Shown piece after piece: positions 26,101 to 37,608 of a DNA stretch of 64,000 bases (the stretch's first letter is position 1; the number at the start of each line of letters is the position of its first letter). This DNA comes from Tubiluchus corallicola (taxonomy: Eukaryota > Animalia > Priapulida). Both the position numbers and the translations under genes were made by a program. The notes beneath the pieces are model-generated. The model searched no databases. It saw only the letters and a list, made by a program, of their open reading frames with translations, and had not been told where the DNA came from. Location of the stretch: contig JAQGDQ010000161.1 in NCBI GenBank assembly GCA_030141605.1, positions 310,001-374,000 of the forward strand, given 5' to 3'.

Positions 26101-27249
26101 ATACCCATACGAATGTAGGTAAAAATGGCACAGGAAAAATGGCATGCAGTAAAAATATGGCACAGATGGAAATCTAGGTAAAAATGACACTGGAAAAATG
26201 GCACAAGAACAAATGGCACGGTAAAACGCTGTCTATGAACTTTGCTTATTAATGTGTATAGCCTTATAAGATGATTTGGTATGTAAACACGTATATATTT
26301 CTCAGTCTATTACCATCGACAAAATTAACGGTTAAAAAGGTAGCTAAATGCTATGTGGAACATTTGTGCATTATTGATTATAAATCTATTTAATAAGCAA
26401 ATATTTTGTGAGACGTTTGCTAGTCTATACAATACCAATACAGGCACATTTTTATATATTTACTCGTTTACCTTTGTTTTAATTTTTTAATCAAAAGAAT
26501 CAGACAAATAGAATTAGGATTGTACGGCTTTGCCAAATATCTACTTCCTACTGAGCTCATTCTAGTTTTATTATAGAAACCAATTGCAGTAATATAATGC
26601 ATTTGCCATTATTCCTACTTTTCCATATATGCCCTTTTTACCGTGCCGTTGTTTCTCTACCACTTTTACCTACTTTTCCATTTGTGCCATTTTTTCCTGT
26701 ACCACTTTTATCGCGTCATTTTTTCCTGTGCCATTTTTACCGTGCACCACCACTACAGTACCTTTCCTGGTAGTCCGGACAACTCCCGGTGAAAAAAACA
26801 TTGGCTATGGCAGAGCAAAGACTAGTTAAATCATATACATCATTGACCACCATTCATTTAATGTGCAATTTTTGTACATGTATGACAAGTACACAGACAC
26901 ACCAAAAGATAGTAGGCTATTTAATAACACATTATTAAATCATTAACTATTACAAATGTAGCAAACTGTATAGCACAGGAGGATTGGACAGAAATCCTGC
27001 CACATTGCGATACCTTCCTGTTAGACTGATCCGTCATGATAAACCTGTATTTTGCTACGCAGTGTTCATCTAGAGTTCTAGACGCACAAAATGTTTAGAC
27101 GCGCAAAATGTGTGAACATTTGTGTGAAAATGTGTGAATAAAAGTGAACTGCACTTGCCTACAGCAACATCTCCTATAACAATTATTTTCGAATTAAACT
27201 CCCGTAGTTCATGCGTGTGGTTCAAAAAGGTTTGTTCGTCCACTTCCAT
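20155..27249 (-). CDS. RAB32: Rab32/Rab38-subfamily small GTPase (possibly the Rab32LO paralog), about 218 aa, 8 exons
   Basis: Exons 27249-27159 (GC donor), 25732-25700, 25026-24930, 24063-24007, 23375-23315, 22036-21962, 21023-20915, 20288-20155; phases consistent. G1 GDVAVGKT, switch I YKLTLGVDFALR, G3 WDIAGHERFGHMTRVYY (WDIAG marks Rab32/38/29), KVFLPNGSHVP, G4 NKCD, G5 TSAK, C-terminal prenylation motif CCW*. Symbol is at subfamily level only. Confidence 0.92.
21700..21891. mobile_element. Tc1/mariner (Tigger-like) MITE
   Basis: TA|CAGTCAAACTC...GAGGTTTGACTG inverted termini; TA on the left, CA on the right. Confidence 0.6.
22215..23222 (+). mobile_element. Degenerate L2/CR1-clade LINE 3' fragment in Rab intron 5, antisense to the host
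   Basis: LALNANKTELLLI...RNLGCRFDTNLLFDKHV...LVHTFVTTRLDYCNSLLFG...LQNTAARAVTKTNKFDHITPTLFDLHWLPIKNRIDFKILL...GGRSFASPQLWN with frameshifts; ends in a (TAT)n tail at about 23205-23222. Confidence 0.9.
24230..24720. repeat. Diverged tandem array of about 145-bp units (2.5-3 copies), possibly a Helentron/HINE-type element
   Basis: Units begin near 24270, 24413 and 24561, sharing AATCATC..CCAAATT..AA..GATC..ATGCAATTTAAAT..AAAATTAAT; the array ends with a GACAGACAG microsatellite. Confidence 0.55.
26111..26748. mobile_element. Foldback-type non-autonomous DNA transposon with repetitive terminal inverted arms
   Basis: Left arm about 26115-26226 is tandem GGTAAAAATGGCAC-like units of about 15 bp; right arm about 26600-26748 is the reverse complement (GTGCCATTTTTACC). 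Confidence 0.8.
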
Positions 27250-27779
27250 CTTTTCCGGTCACACATCCTGACGAGAATAATGAACGTTTATCTGATATAT
27301 CCACACTCATAATGATTGTTTGCCATGATACAATTAAGCGACTACGTCTGACTTCGATGAATTGCGACTTTAAACGCAGCGCGATTACGAAAATATTAAA
27401 AACGTAATGTACGCTGTTTGATATTGGTAAGCACAGGCTGTCTGATAAGCACAAGACCGCTGTCTAGGTACTGCGTAATGTATACATGTATACAAGAACC
27501 TCCCACGCGACTACGAGAGTCGTTTTTGTGCTGCCATCTACTCATTATTGAATAAACTAAAACATTAGACTAATCGCTCGTCGTTTTATGGGTGCAAGGC
27601 TTACTACGTTCACCCTCGGTCTTCAGAAGCCAATGGCTTTACTTTGCTTTACCCCCGGTCGTCAACAGCAAATAGGTGGATAAAATATGTACACAGAAAA
27701 TCTGAAATGGTAATGATCACTTAATAATAAACCATACTAACATAATTCCCAAAAATAATCAATTGTGGCTTGCGCTGTC

Positions 27780-27860
27780 GCACAATATACTCTCCACTGC
27801 AATTCGAACCCGCGACTTTCTGCTTTCCGGGCAGCTATGCTAACCATATACAGCACACAG
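27780..27860 (-). mobile_element. tRNA-derived SINE head
   Basis: Minus strand TGCTGTATATGGTTAGCATAGCTG...GTCGCGGGTTCGAATTG with A- and B-box-like motifs; related copy at about 54390-54460 (+). Confidence 0.55.
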
Positions 27861-28561
27861 GCGTTCGACTTGTCAGACTCAGGAATTTACTCTGTAAACC
27901 ATCAGAAGTCTATCAATGGGGAATCATAGCCCAAACTGTTCATAAAGATTAAGTGCAAGATCAGTCCCGTAAACGCAGTAAAGCTATACTGAATTAAAGA
28001 CCGTTTAGACGAGGATCCCCGATGGTTTGTCATGAAAGTGAGTGAGTAATATACTTTCTCGATAGTCTAAACACGTGTGAATAACATATTTGCCTGATGC
28101 CAATGAAATTCAATTTGCATTAATCTAGAGTGACACGACGTTAACGTACGCATCCTCGATGACTTTCCTGATTAGATCAGAGGCTCGAACTTTCTGCACG
28201 TGTTGCAGCGCTTTATTTTCTAAAGGGAAATCCTAGTAGTATGTACACACGACACCCCACTAAGGTATGTGACATGCAAAAATAGCAACTTTTTGTGTGA
28301 CTTACTTAGAAAGTCGAGTCTTTAGTAAGTCTAATTGTGCTCCACCTGAACTCGAATACAAAACCTATCTACTCCAATTATTGCGGTTTGTTCAACGTAA
28401 CACACATGTAAGGGAGATATTCGAAAATTTTCCTAACTCGTGGCTAAAGCTTCCATAACCACAGTCACTCCAGCAGTAAATTGGTTGGTAGAATGGTAGA
28501 CTGGAGAATGCATGAAGGCATTCGAAGCGCGTTCAACGATCACTCAAGCCAATCAATGCGT

Positions 28562-28576
28562 GTTGTTATGGACAAC
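28562..28576. promoter_or_regulatory. Candidate RFX X-box upstream of the DUF4537 gene
   Basis: GTTGTTATGGACAAC, an imperfect palindrome resembling GTTGCCATGGCAAC, about 140 bp before the ATG at 28718. Confidence 0.4.
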
Positions 28577-28717
28577 GCTCCTAGCAAATCAGCTGCAATA
28601 CTCAACCCAATATGCAGCATCCATGGGGATAAATACACAAACATAAAACATTGTACTTGTATTGATAAAGACAGAGGATATAAAAATAATTATTAAACGT
28701 CATATACTTTAGTATCA

Positions 28718-29352
28718 ATGTCAGAATCTGTAAATCGTTGGATTGGTAAAAATAAAATTAATGAAAATAATAAAACTAGTTATGCAATGGCAATCAATGA
28801 AGTTAATGATGGCGCCATTGTGCAAAGACAAACTGGTTATGGCAACAGTAATAGTGCTGATTTTGACATGAATGTCTCGCCTGTGAATGACATCAACAGT
28901 GGTTTAGAACAACAAGTAGTTCTGGCCAGGAAACCTAACACTGGATGTTTTTACCCTGGAATCACATTAAAAATGGTAAGTTATACATAATGTGCTTACA
29001 AAGCTAGTGTGATACCGATGTGTGATGAGCCATTTTTGACATTATGATATTTGCCTTGTTTATTTAATAATGTCACTAACAGCATTTGGTCAATTTTTAT
29101 ATGTAACAATTACTGAAGTAGACCTAAGTCATTTTTCAAAAAAAGAAGCAAATAATTAGAGCACAGTCAATGTTATTTTCTTTTTGAAACTCACAGAGAC
29201 TTTTTGGAAATAAAAATATTATCAGTAGCTCGCCTCTTAACGCACTGTAATATACACAGCCTGTATAGTGTATACATACAGTGTAACCTGGTATTGTTGC
29301 GATTGTTTACACATAAATGGTCACATTTTTACGTAAAACTTTCTTATTTATA

Positions 29353-29387
<35 letters not shown>

Positions 29388-32300
29388 ACTGTATATATAA
29401 GTATATATATTATTTTTCAATTTTTCTATGACATATAAGTATATTTCAGAGTAGTTTATAAATGCCAAAACTCTTAAATCCCATTAGATTGATGATACTT
29501 TTTAAGGTTTCAGCTTTCAATTACCTCGTCAGGTTCCTGTTTCCAAGAGCTGGTGATATTTGCATTATACCTGCACTAGATCTAGTATCCTATGGAGAAG
29601 CTGCTAAACAACCTATTACAGTTGGAGACTGTGTACTGTGTAAAATACACTCAGCAAGTCAGAAATATTCCCCCGGAATAGTGGTGAGAGGAGACGCAGC
29701 TAGAAGAGGTGAGTCACTAAATGTGGCAGTATAGCATGCACCACATTATTAAACGCAACACCATTTTTAATTGTGTTGAACATTTTAGTTTGTTGTTTCT
29801 GGCTGCAAAATTTGCTTCTTCACAACTGCTAAGGTAGTGAAGACTCTGGTACATGGGACAATTACTTAAAAGATGTCGGAGCCAAACTTTTAAATTTTGT
29901 AATGTGTGTGCCATTATGACCTGATAATTAATTCCCAGCCGAACCGAACAGTCCCTGCTGTCGAACCACACTCAGAATACTCTTAAAAGTTTGCTTTTAT
30001 AAGGTATATTCATTTTTTCTGGTGCTTTACTTTATGTCGTTAAAACACATTATAGTTATAATGCTTATTGAATTTGAGAGAACTGGACCATGCCTGGAGT
30101 CAAGCTGGTAATGACATCGCAATCCGCCCTGCCATTGCCAATTGATCTCACATATATTACGTGGGTGGTTAATTTCTCACTCTCAACATTTTCCTGCTTG
30201 TTTCAAAATTTTGGCCAAACACCCTACGAAAAACTGAACCTGTGAGACTTCTTCAGGTCTTGGACGGACTTCCGCAGCTTTTTGAACGGGAAAAAATTGA
30301 TCTGTAAGACAATGTGGATTGTTTTTAAAAGCATCTCCACAAAGGCAATTGCCAGTCATATATGACTCAAAGTTCCGTTTTGACAATTTCTCTTCACAAG
30401 TCACAGCTATAGAAGAATTGATCCGTAGTCATTCTTTGACGGATTGTTCCCTGTCCACAAGTGCTCATCATACAGGTTTTAGGCCTATAATTTCCTAGGA
30501 TGATAAAATTCTTAAAAGGGTAAAGAATGTCCCTGTTTTGTTGGTTGTAATCACGTTTTTGTGCAAGGGTATTTGAGATACTTTCAACACTTATGCATCA
30601 GTAATGTCTTCTGCATTTATATTGCAACAGGTGACACTGCTACAGAGGCAACAACTGTGCTGTTATGGACAGGCAGGACTGTACCATCTAATCCTACAGC
30701 TGTTGTTAAGATACCTGTGTCAATGTATGACAGAATATTCGCAGAATTACAGGTGCTTATTTACACATTTTAAATACATCACTAGTTGCTAGTATAAAAA
30801 CAGTCTGGTTGGATTACTAACTCGGAGGTAGCACTGTCAATGCACTCAGCAGTGTAAAATCTGGGGCTATAGAAAGTAAACTTTTGCTAGGGTTTTTAAA
30901 AATACAATATTTTATTAAGAAAAATAGGTATTGAATATGAGATGCTGGTATTAAGCTAACTGCACAGAATTACATTGATTTTTTTAGTTTTCTATAGTTA
31001 TACGACGGAGCTTTACTTATATATACATATATGATACATAAATGTATAGAAAGAAAATACAATAAAGAAGACACTGATTAAAAAAATACATTTACTCTTT
31101 GATAAATGTGCACCAGCATTTTTTAATATTTCGTAGAATAATATTTTTTTAATAGTTGTTTTTTTTTATTTTGATAGTTTCCGAACCAAAGCTATCAAAG
31201 TTGCAAGTAAATTAATTTTGTTCATTTCATTTCATTTCGAACATTTCATGTATTGTAAATTGTAATTGCAGATACCAAGAGATCTGGTCCAAAGTATGGT
31301 TTGGCATCCATTGTACGATAATGAAGCTCTACATGGCAAGTCTAGTGATGAAGAAGATGCTGCCTTGAGTGCTGGTAAACTATTTGCCGCTACTTCAAAA
31401 AATGTTGCACATGACGATACTCTGATTCCAGGCACAAACTTTACTACATCTAAGTTAAATGAAAAGGTAATGGAACTTTCTTGCAATAGCATGATATTGC
31501 ATTAGCTGTAATATTAAAAGAAGTTAATATGTAAGTGGCTTCCAGCGTTTTAACAGAGAAATTTCAGTTTAAATATTAACGTGCAGTAGACGATCATGTG
31601 AGTCTCTGACAGTAATTACACTTTATGCACATGAAAGTTTTATGTATAATATGACATTGTTCTATCCCAATAACAATACTTATTATTAGGCCTGCGTGTT
31701 TATTAATTTGTTGAAAACTTTGTGTTACGTACACTTTGCAACTTTATAATGTAAGTAACAATTGAAATGCTTTTTATTGAACATTTTTGTAGGTGATGAG
31801 TCAGTTGCTGAAGTATAAAATGCTGACAGCTAGTATTGATTCAAGCGACAACAGACTGTTTCACCACAAATTGCTGCGAAAACGAAATGCCAAAACACCT
31901 AATCATGGAAAATTCAGTCATAAAATAATGGAGAATTTTAACAATCTTAAATGTGCTGTGGAGAATTTGGAAAAGGAAATACGTGTAGAAATGATAGACG
32001 ACCTGTTTGCAATAGCTCAGCCTGACAAGCTTAACAAGCAAAGATCTGATGTAGACGAGCGGTGTGGTTGAAATTGCTTAAACTTAATCACTAACGTTCT
32101 GCACCAAATAATTACATAATTAATGCATTAAAACGGTTAATATACAGTCGTGAATAAGTCCAGTTTAAATTTAAAAAACACGTCCAATGTAGATTACTCC
32201 TGCTGGTAATTGGTTTTGCTTTAAGAATGTACGTATATTTACAAGCTTTTTTGTCTGACGGTCTAGCAACAAAAACGCGGCAATCGCAAAGAGAACAGGA

Positions 32301-35300
32301 TGTTATACTGCAAAAAACTTGCTCTCTTTAAATAGCTGTACAGGTCTTTTCAAGTTACAAACAAAATGCTACAGGAACGTGCTCTTAACGCTAAATATTA
32401 AGAAAACAAGTTGTGAAAGTCATAAGCCAAGGGAAACCATGGCTCATATGAAATCTGATAAGTGTCATCGAATAAACTATCTAATCATTACAGCTCAACT
32501 TTGAGCGCGAAGTTTTGATCCAGTTCTCTTAAATTGCACAAAAATTGGCAAAAACGCCTCAAAATGAAGTTTCTTATTTCTCGTTTCTTCCGGCGTGGCT
32601 TCGATCTACAAATAATCACCAATGACAAAACCCAAATTGAGACATTTCATTTAATGCGCGAAATCACTGGAATTTCAGCTGTGAAAATAATATTTGTACT
32701 GACGGTGGTCAAAAGGTCCTGGGTTGAAGTATGTGTTGTTGTTCTGTACAATTCGACCATAAATCATGTAGAAATACTAAAACAGAAGAAGAAATTTAGA
32801 GCTAAGCCTCCGAGTAAACTTGTTCTGTATCTCTGATACTGGGCTACAGAACACTTGCTGTGGTGATGTGTCACCGCCGTCGATACTACTGAACTACCAA
32901 ACTTCTGCATGCTAGAGTACTTCTCCAGAACCATTACAGTGTAGAGGTGGGGTGAAAATAAACGGCATTTTATTTACAGTACTGTGTGACACAAATGTAC
33001 AAGCATAAATATTATCTGCCAATAGAATTGATACATGTTAGAACGAGGAAGGCATAGACCAACCACAATCTGAATGGTGCGTTTCGTAATTTTAAACTAC
33101 TTCCTCCATATTGCAGTACTGGTACTGTAAGCCACAAAGTTGGTTCAAAAGGCAAATATTATAAATGTTGGCTTTCACTAGTGCAGACGCAATTTATTCT
33201 GCAATTTTCTTAATCTAGGGTGAAGCACAATGAAATTATATTACCGTCCATACTTGATAGAAAGTTAGAGTCTAGTCACTCCACTGAAAGTGAACACGAA
33301 AAAGATGTTGACAGATTCAGTAGTGACGGCAGTGAGAGCTTCAACGATGTAGTTACCCACGATGTGCCTGCTCATACAGGAAGAACTCGGAAAAGTCTAA
33401 CGTACAGACCATTCAGGTTAGCGAATGGTTGGTTAATTGCATGAAAAGAAAAAAAACATGGCTGTTTGATTTTCCTTATTGCCTTGGCCATTTTTCTCGA
33501 TGACGAAGGATGTCTACTCTTCTGAACATTTTAAACAACGCCAAAACATGTTTGATGTTCAGAAAAAGATGTTGCCATGTTGTACATATATAATAGTCTT
33601 TTCCATGTTGGGTTCGTATTTTTATGTATTAAAGAATAGTGACACCTAACATAAAAAAGAATGCTTCATATTAAATTCCTTATGAAAACATTGTGTAACT
33701 GGAAATTCAGTGGACTAAAAGTCTACTATGCACGGTTGATTAAGATTTATTATACTAAGCAGATTTTTGTTTGGACTACTAGACAATCAGCATCGAATTT
33801 AGTCAATAAGCAATTATTCCTATTTCGTTATCGTCCTTTGAGATTGAATATCTGATAGCTGATCAATTGGAAATGCAAGACGTTGGCTATAATATAATTT
33901 TGTCATTTAGACAAACATCATCAGTAACCACAAGCAAACCTGAATGGAAGATTACAGGCCGAGCTACAGCATCTGCAGCTTCACCTCGCAGTCACCTTTC
34001 CACTTTCTTTTTTCCAGGTACATGCATTACCATTCACTTATCACTTACCAAATAGTGGCCCAATGGATAAGGCAGCAAGCTATACTGACCGATTTTTGAG
34101 ATTGCCTCCAGGCACAGAGCAGGCTTGTCGATTTTGTGAATATTTTGATAAATTTGATAAAGCACATTAGTAAGAAGGATAGATATTTTGAATCGTGTTT
34201 TGATATAGGTTTTTCTGCGAAGTTAAAAAATCTCTTACGAGTATACCAGATCAGATGTAGCACTTAATCATAAATAATGCCAAATGAGCTCGCAATATAC
34301 AAGAGCGAAATATTTGTTACCCTTGCATTAATGCTAAAAATTGTTATAGGTTATAACAGCTATTGGTTATCATTCAAACACAGAACAGTTATTTTCTTAG
34401 TTTTTTAGAAAGTTTGAAATGAATGAATAGAAGGAAATTCGAAATAAATCGTGAAAAAAACTTTTAACAACACATATTCTACAATATCATTTTTCTGTAA
34501 ACTTTAAAGGCTGCATTTGTGAAAATGCGCTTATTTTCGATTGTTGCAGCAAAATGGAGCGAAGGATTAAGAGAAGATTGTCAGGTGATGAAAGATGGTG
34601 CGATGAAAGAATGGTATCGAACTCAATCTTGGCACAGAGCCACGAACCTGCCCGGGAGATCAGGTTCCTATTACAACTCAGAATCAGCAACAAAACCTGA
34701 GCATGATGAAGCAAATCAATTAGTTACTGTGGAAACAAGGTAAGCTAAATAATTATACATATATAATAAAACATTCTCATTGTCTAATTGAAAATACTAA
34801 CGGTAAATTTCATTAAGGTCTTCATGCAAAGTTTTCTGCTAAAGAACTCATTTATCAATGTCTCGTTCCGTACTACTATATCAGAGAATTCCTACTTTCT
34901 GTGTGGTTTATTACAATTGTTGTCATGTTGTACGATTGCTAAAGCCAGCAGCCGTTCATATTACAAGATACAAATTTGCAGCGATAAACTTCACTGTGCC
35001 TTATAGGCTTTTTAATAGGGCAAAGAATTTCAAATTCATTTTCTAGGAAAAGAGTAGTCACAATGAAAGAGCAAGATAATCCAAAACAAGACGGAAAACA
35101 CCATTTTTCGGAACTCAGATTCTATAACAATGCAAGGTAGATTTTTTTGCTAACCGAAAGCGTTTTTTCAATTCGATGTGAGAATAAAAATATGAAACTA
35201 ATTTTTCCCTATAACATGCTCTTGCAGAATGCTGTTCAGAAAGTCAAATTCTCATTTTCATTCTGCACTTGGAGATTGAATTTTTACATTTATGGGGAAC

Positions 35301-37075
35301 TTTCACTGAATTGTTGTAATGTTGAACCCTATTTTTACATTCTGTCATGGAAGAAAATTTTTGTTCGTTTGTGTGTAAGCTAAATTTGTAAAGTTAAATT
35401 TGTCTTTAAAACGCAATAACTTTAAAATAGTTTTACTGCTATTTCGAGAATCAATAAATGAACTTTTTTCATTATGTCTTTAAAGTAAACTGCGTTAATA
35501 AACTTAGTCGAATTGACTATGACTTCCAGAGGTCATATTAAAAGTAAGTCCAATTTCGAGATGTTCACAATTTTCTAAGTGCTACTAAGTTGCAAGTTTT
35601 ACCTCTGGCCTGTCTATTTCGCAAGTTATTGACTCTGCCACACTCTCTCACGCACTTCTTTCTCCTTCGCATTTCCTCTCTTTTCCTTGTTCGCCTATCC
35701 CTCTCATATTTTTTCTCATTCTCTGCCTCTCTTTATCCCTCTCTCACTTTTTCTGTCTCCTTCCTTCTCTTTCTTCCTGATTTCGTGAAAACTGTTGTGC
35801 TTTTTGCTATATAATTTTTCACTGATTTATCACGGATTTATTGATGTCTTTTATTGATACTAGTAACGGTAACCACAACAGGAGAACTACGAGTGATATG
35901 GGAACAGGAGAAGAGCAGCCCACGAGTTATGAATGGCAATTAGCAAGTCTGATTGATGGCAAAAAATTTTTTCCTTTCGTGCAGCAAAAGCCTAACAAAG
36001 ACATAAAGAGTGCTCGATCCATCACTGAACCCGAATACATAAAAGCAATGCAAGAAATAAAAGCTCAAACACGACTGCAGCAGAAACCAAGGCCAATGAG
36101 CCAAGTAGATAGACGCCGGGTTAGTGATTTTTTAACAACTTTTGATTCTATTATAGCTATTAAAAACGGCATATATTGCTCAGTTTTGATTATGTTGTGA
36201 CTTTTCCTACATATGCCTTTGCACACATATGTATATGTATGAAATTTCTTCTATTAAAATCCTATTTATAATGCATTTTTGGTTTCATTTACAGTACAAC
36301 CCGCGACTGGTTGCTTTACTGATCATATTTTAATTTTTTCACATCATATTTCGCTGCTGAACTTATCTCACGCTCGCTTCTCTTCCATTTTTCTCTATCC
36401 TTACCCTATTACTCCGTTATATTGTCTCTTATTGCTAAACAAATTTTAGTTGGAGAAATCTTGTATCGATAGAAAAAAATAAAAATAATATCACCAATGC
36501 GCACTTGGCTCGCAGTATGTTTCAGTACGTTTTTCAGGAATGTTTGTGAGTAGCTTTCTCAGCTCTTCAGCTGAGAATATTTGATTGGCCATTGCGAAGT
36601 GAACTACCGCTGGTTGATTGACGTTTTGTCGACCAGTGTATTTACTGTAGTTTTCAAGTTTTCATAGTAGCATTGGCAATCAGCACCCATGATGTGCCAT
36701 ATTTAATGAAGTAACTGCTTGTTGTAAGTGGTGGTAAAATTTACGCTATTTCTCAGAAAGGAAACTTCATTAATATTTTAACTATAATTTGTGTTTATTA
36801 GAGGTAGACCTTAGTGTACCAAGCCTCGCTATTTCCTTCTTTTATTATAGGCTGTGATCGCACAACGGCAACAGGAAAATTACGCAAAAAACTGTGAACG
36901 CGAAGCAACTTCATACATGAACGCTGTTACTCGCGTTAATACTAGAAGACGAGCCTTGGTGGAGCGAAGTAAAATGAACAGCGAACGTGAACAAGCCAAC
37001 CAGAGTAGAAAGAATATGGTAGATTGGTTAGAAAAGAACAAAATGCAACAACTTAGGAATTACATGCTTCCATAA
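28718..37075 (+). CDS. DUF4537-domain (C11orf16/VWA3B-C-terminal-like) protein, about 703 aa, 11 exons
   Basis: Exons 28718-28975, 29507-29708, 30631-30752, 31272-31466, 31793-32061, 33219-33416, 33911-34017, 34550-34739, 35047-35136, 35864-36119, 36851-37075; all GT-AG with every phase matching. VVLARKPNTGCFYPGIT...PITVGDCVLC...KYSPGIVVRG...TVLLWTG...VVKIPVSMYDRIFAELQIP resembles DUF4537 as I recall it; C-terminus is charged and coiled-coil-like. The 5' end may extend upstream. Confidence 0.8.
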
Positions 37076-37224
37076 ATACGTGTTATATAACAACTGATGT
37101 CGAGTTTTTGTCCTTCTGATTTCTTTGGAAACAAAAATAAAAAAATTCAGCCTTAGTTGAAAATGAATTTCTGTACAACTCTGAGCTCTGGTTATTAAAA
37201 GCAAATCATAAAGAGGAAATTGAT

Positions 37225-37608
37225 GCATTTCAAAGGCCGAATTACAGAAACATTTGGTGCCTCAGGTGGCCAAAAAAATTTCAAATAAAGATCTGTACGA
37301 AAAAATAAAAGAACAACCTTGGACAAGAAAAATAAAAAGTTTAAGATGGATTGGGCATATGCTTAGACTACCTCATGATAATCCAGTAAAAATAGCACTT
37401 CAACAAGCATAGAACCAGTCAGAAAACCTGCAGGAGGACAAATGTTAACCTATTTGGATTTTACACAGGAAGATTTAGACAGTTCAGGACTGATCCTTAG
37501 AGATAAATGCACTTGTGATATTGCAGCGAGTAGGGCGACCTGGCATAGGGAGGTGAACAGAATCATGACCCTGGACGTATGATTCATTGGATGATGATGA
37601 TGATGATG
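37225..37608 (+). mobile_element. 5'-truncated RTE-clade LINE fragment with (GAT)n tail
   Basis: RWPKKISNKDLYEKIKEQPWTRKIK..LRWIGHMLRLPHDNPVKIALQ...RKPAGGQ...AASRATW matches the RTE ORF2 C-terminal pattern; followed by (GAT)6. Confidence 0.85.

Noticed and set aside
26115-26230. CRISPR-like short repeats
   Set aside because: Eukaryotic context, no unique spacers of regular length, no cas genes; the repeats form one arm of an inverted pair.
32319-32945. Extra exons of the DUF4537 gene
   Set aside because: Candidate exons run into stops, and exon 5 (phase 2) joins 33219 cleanly without them.
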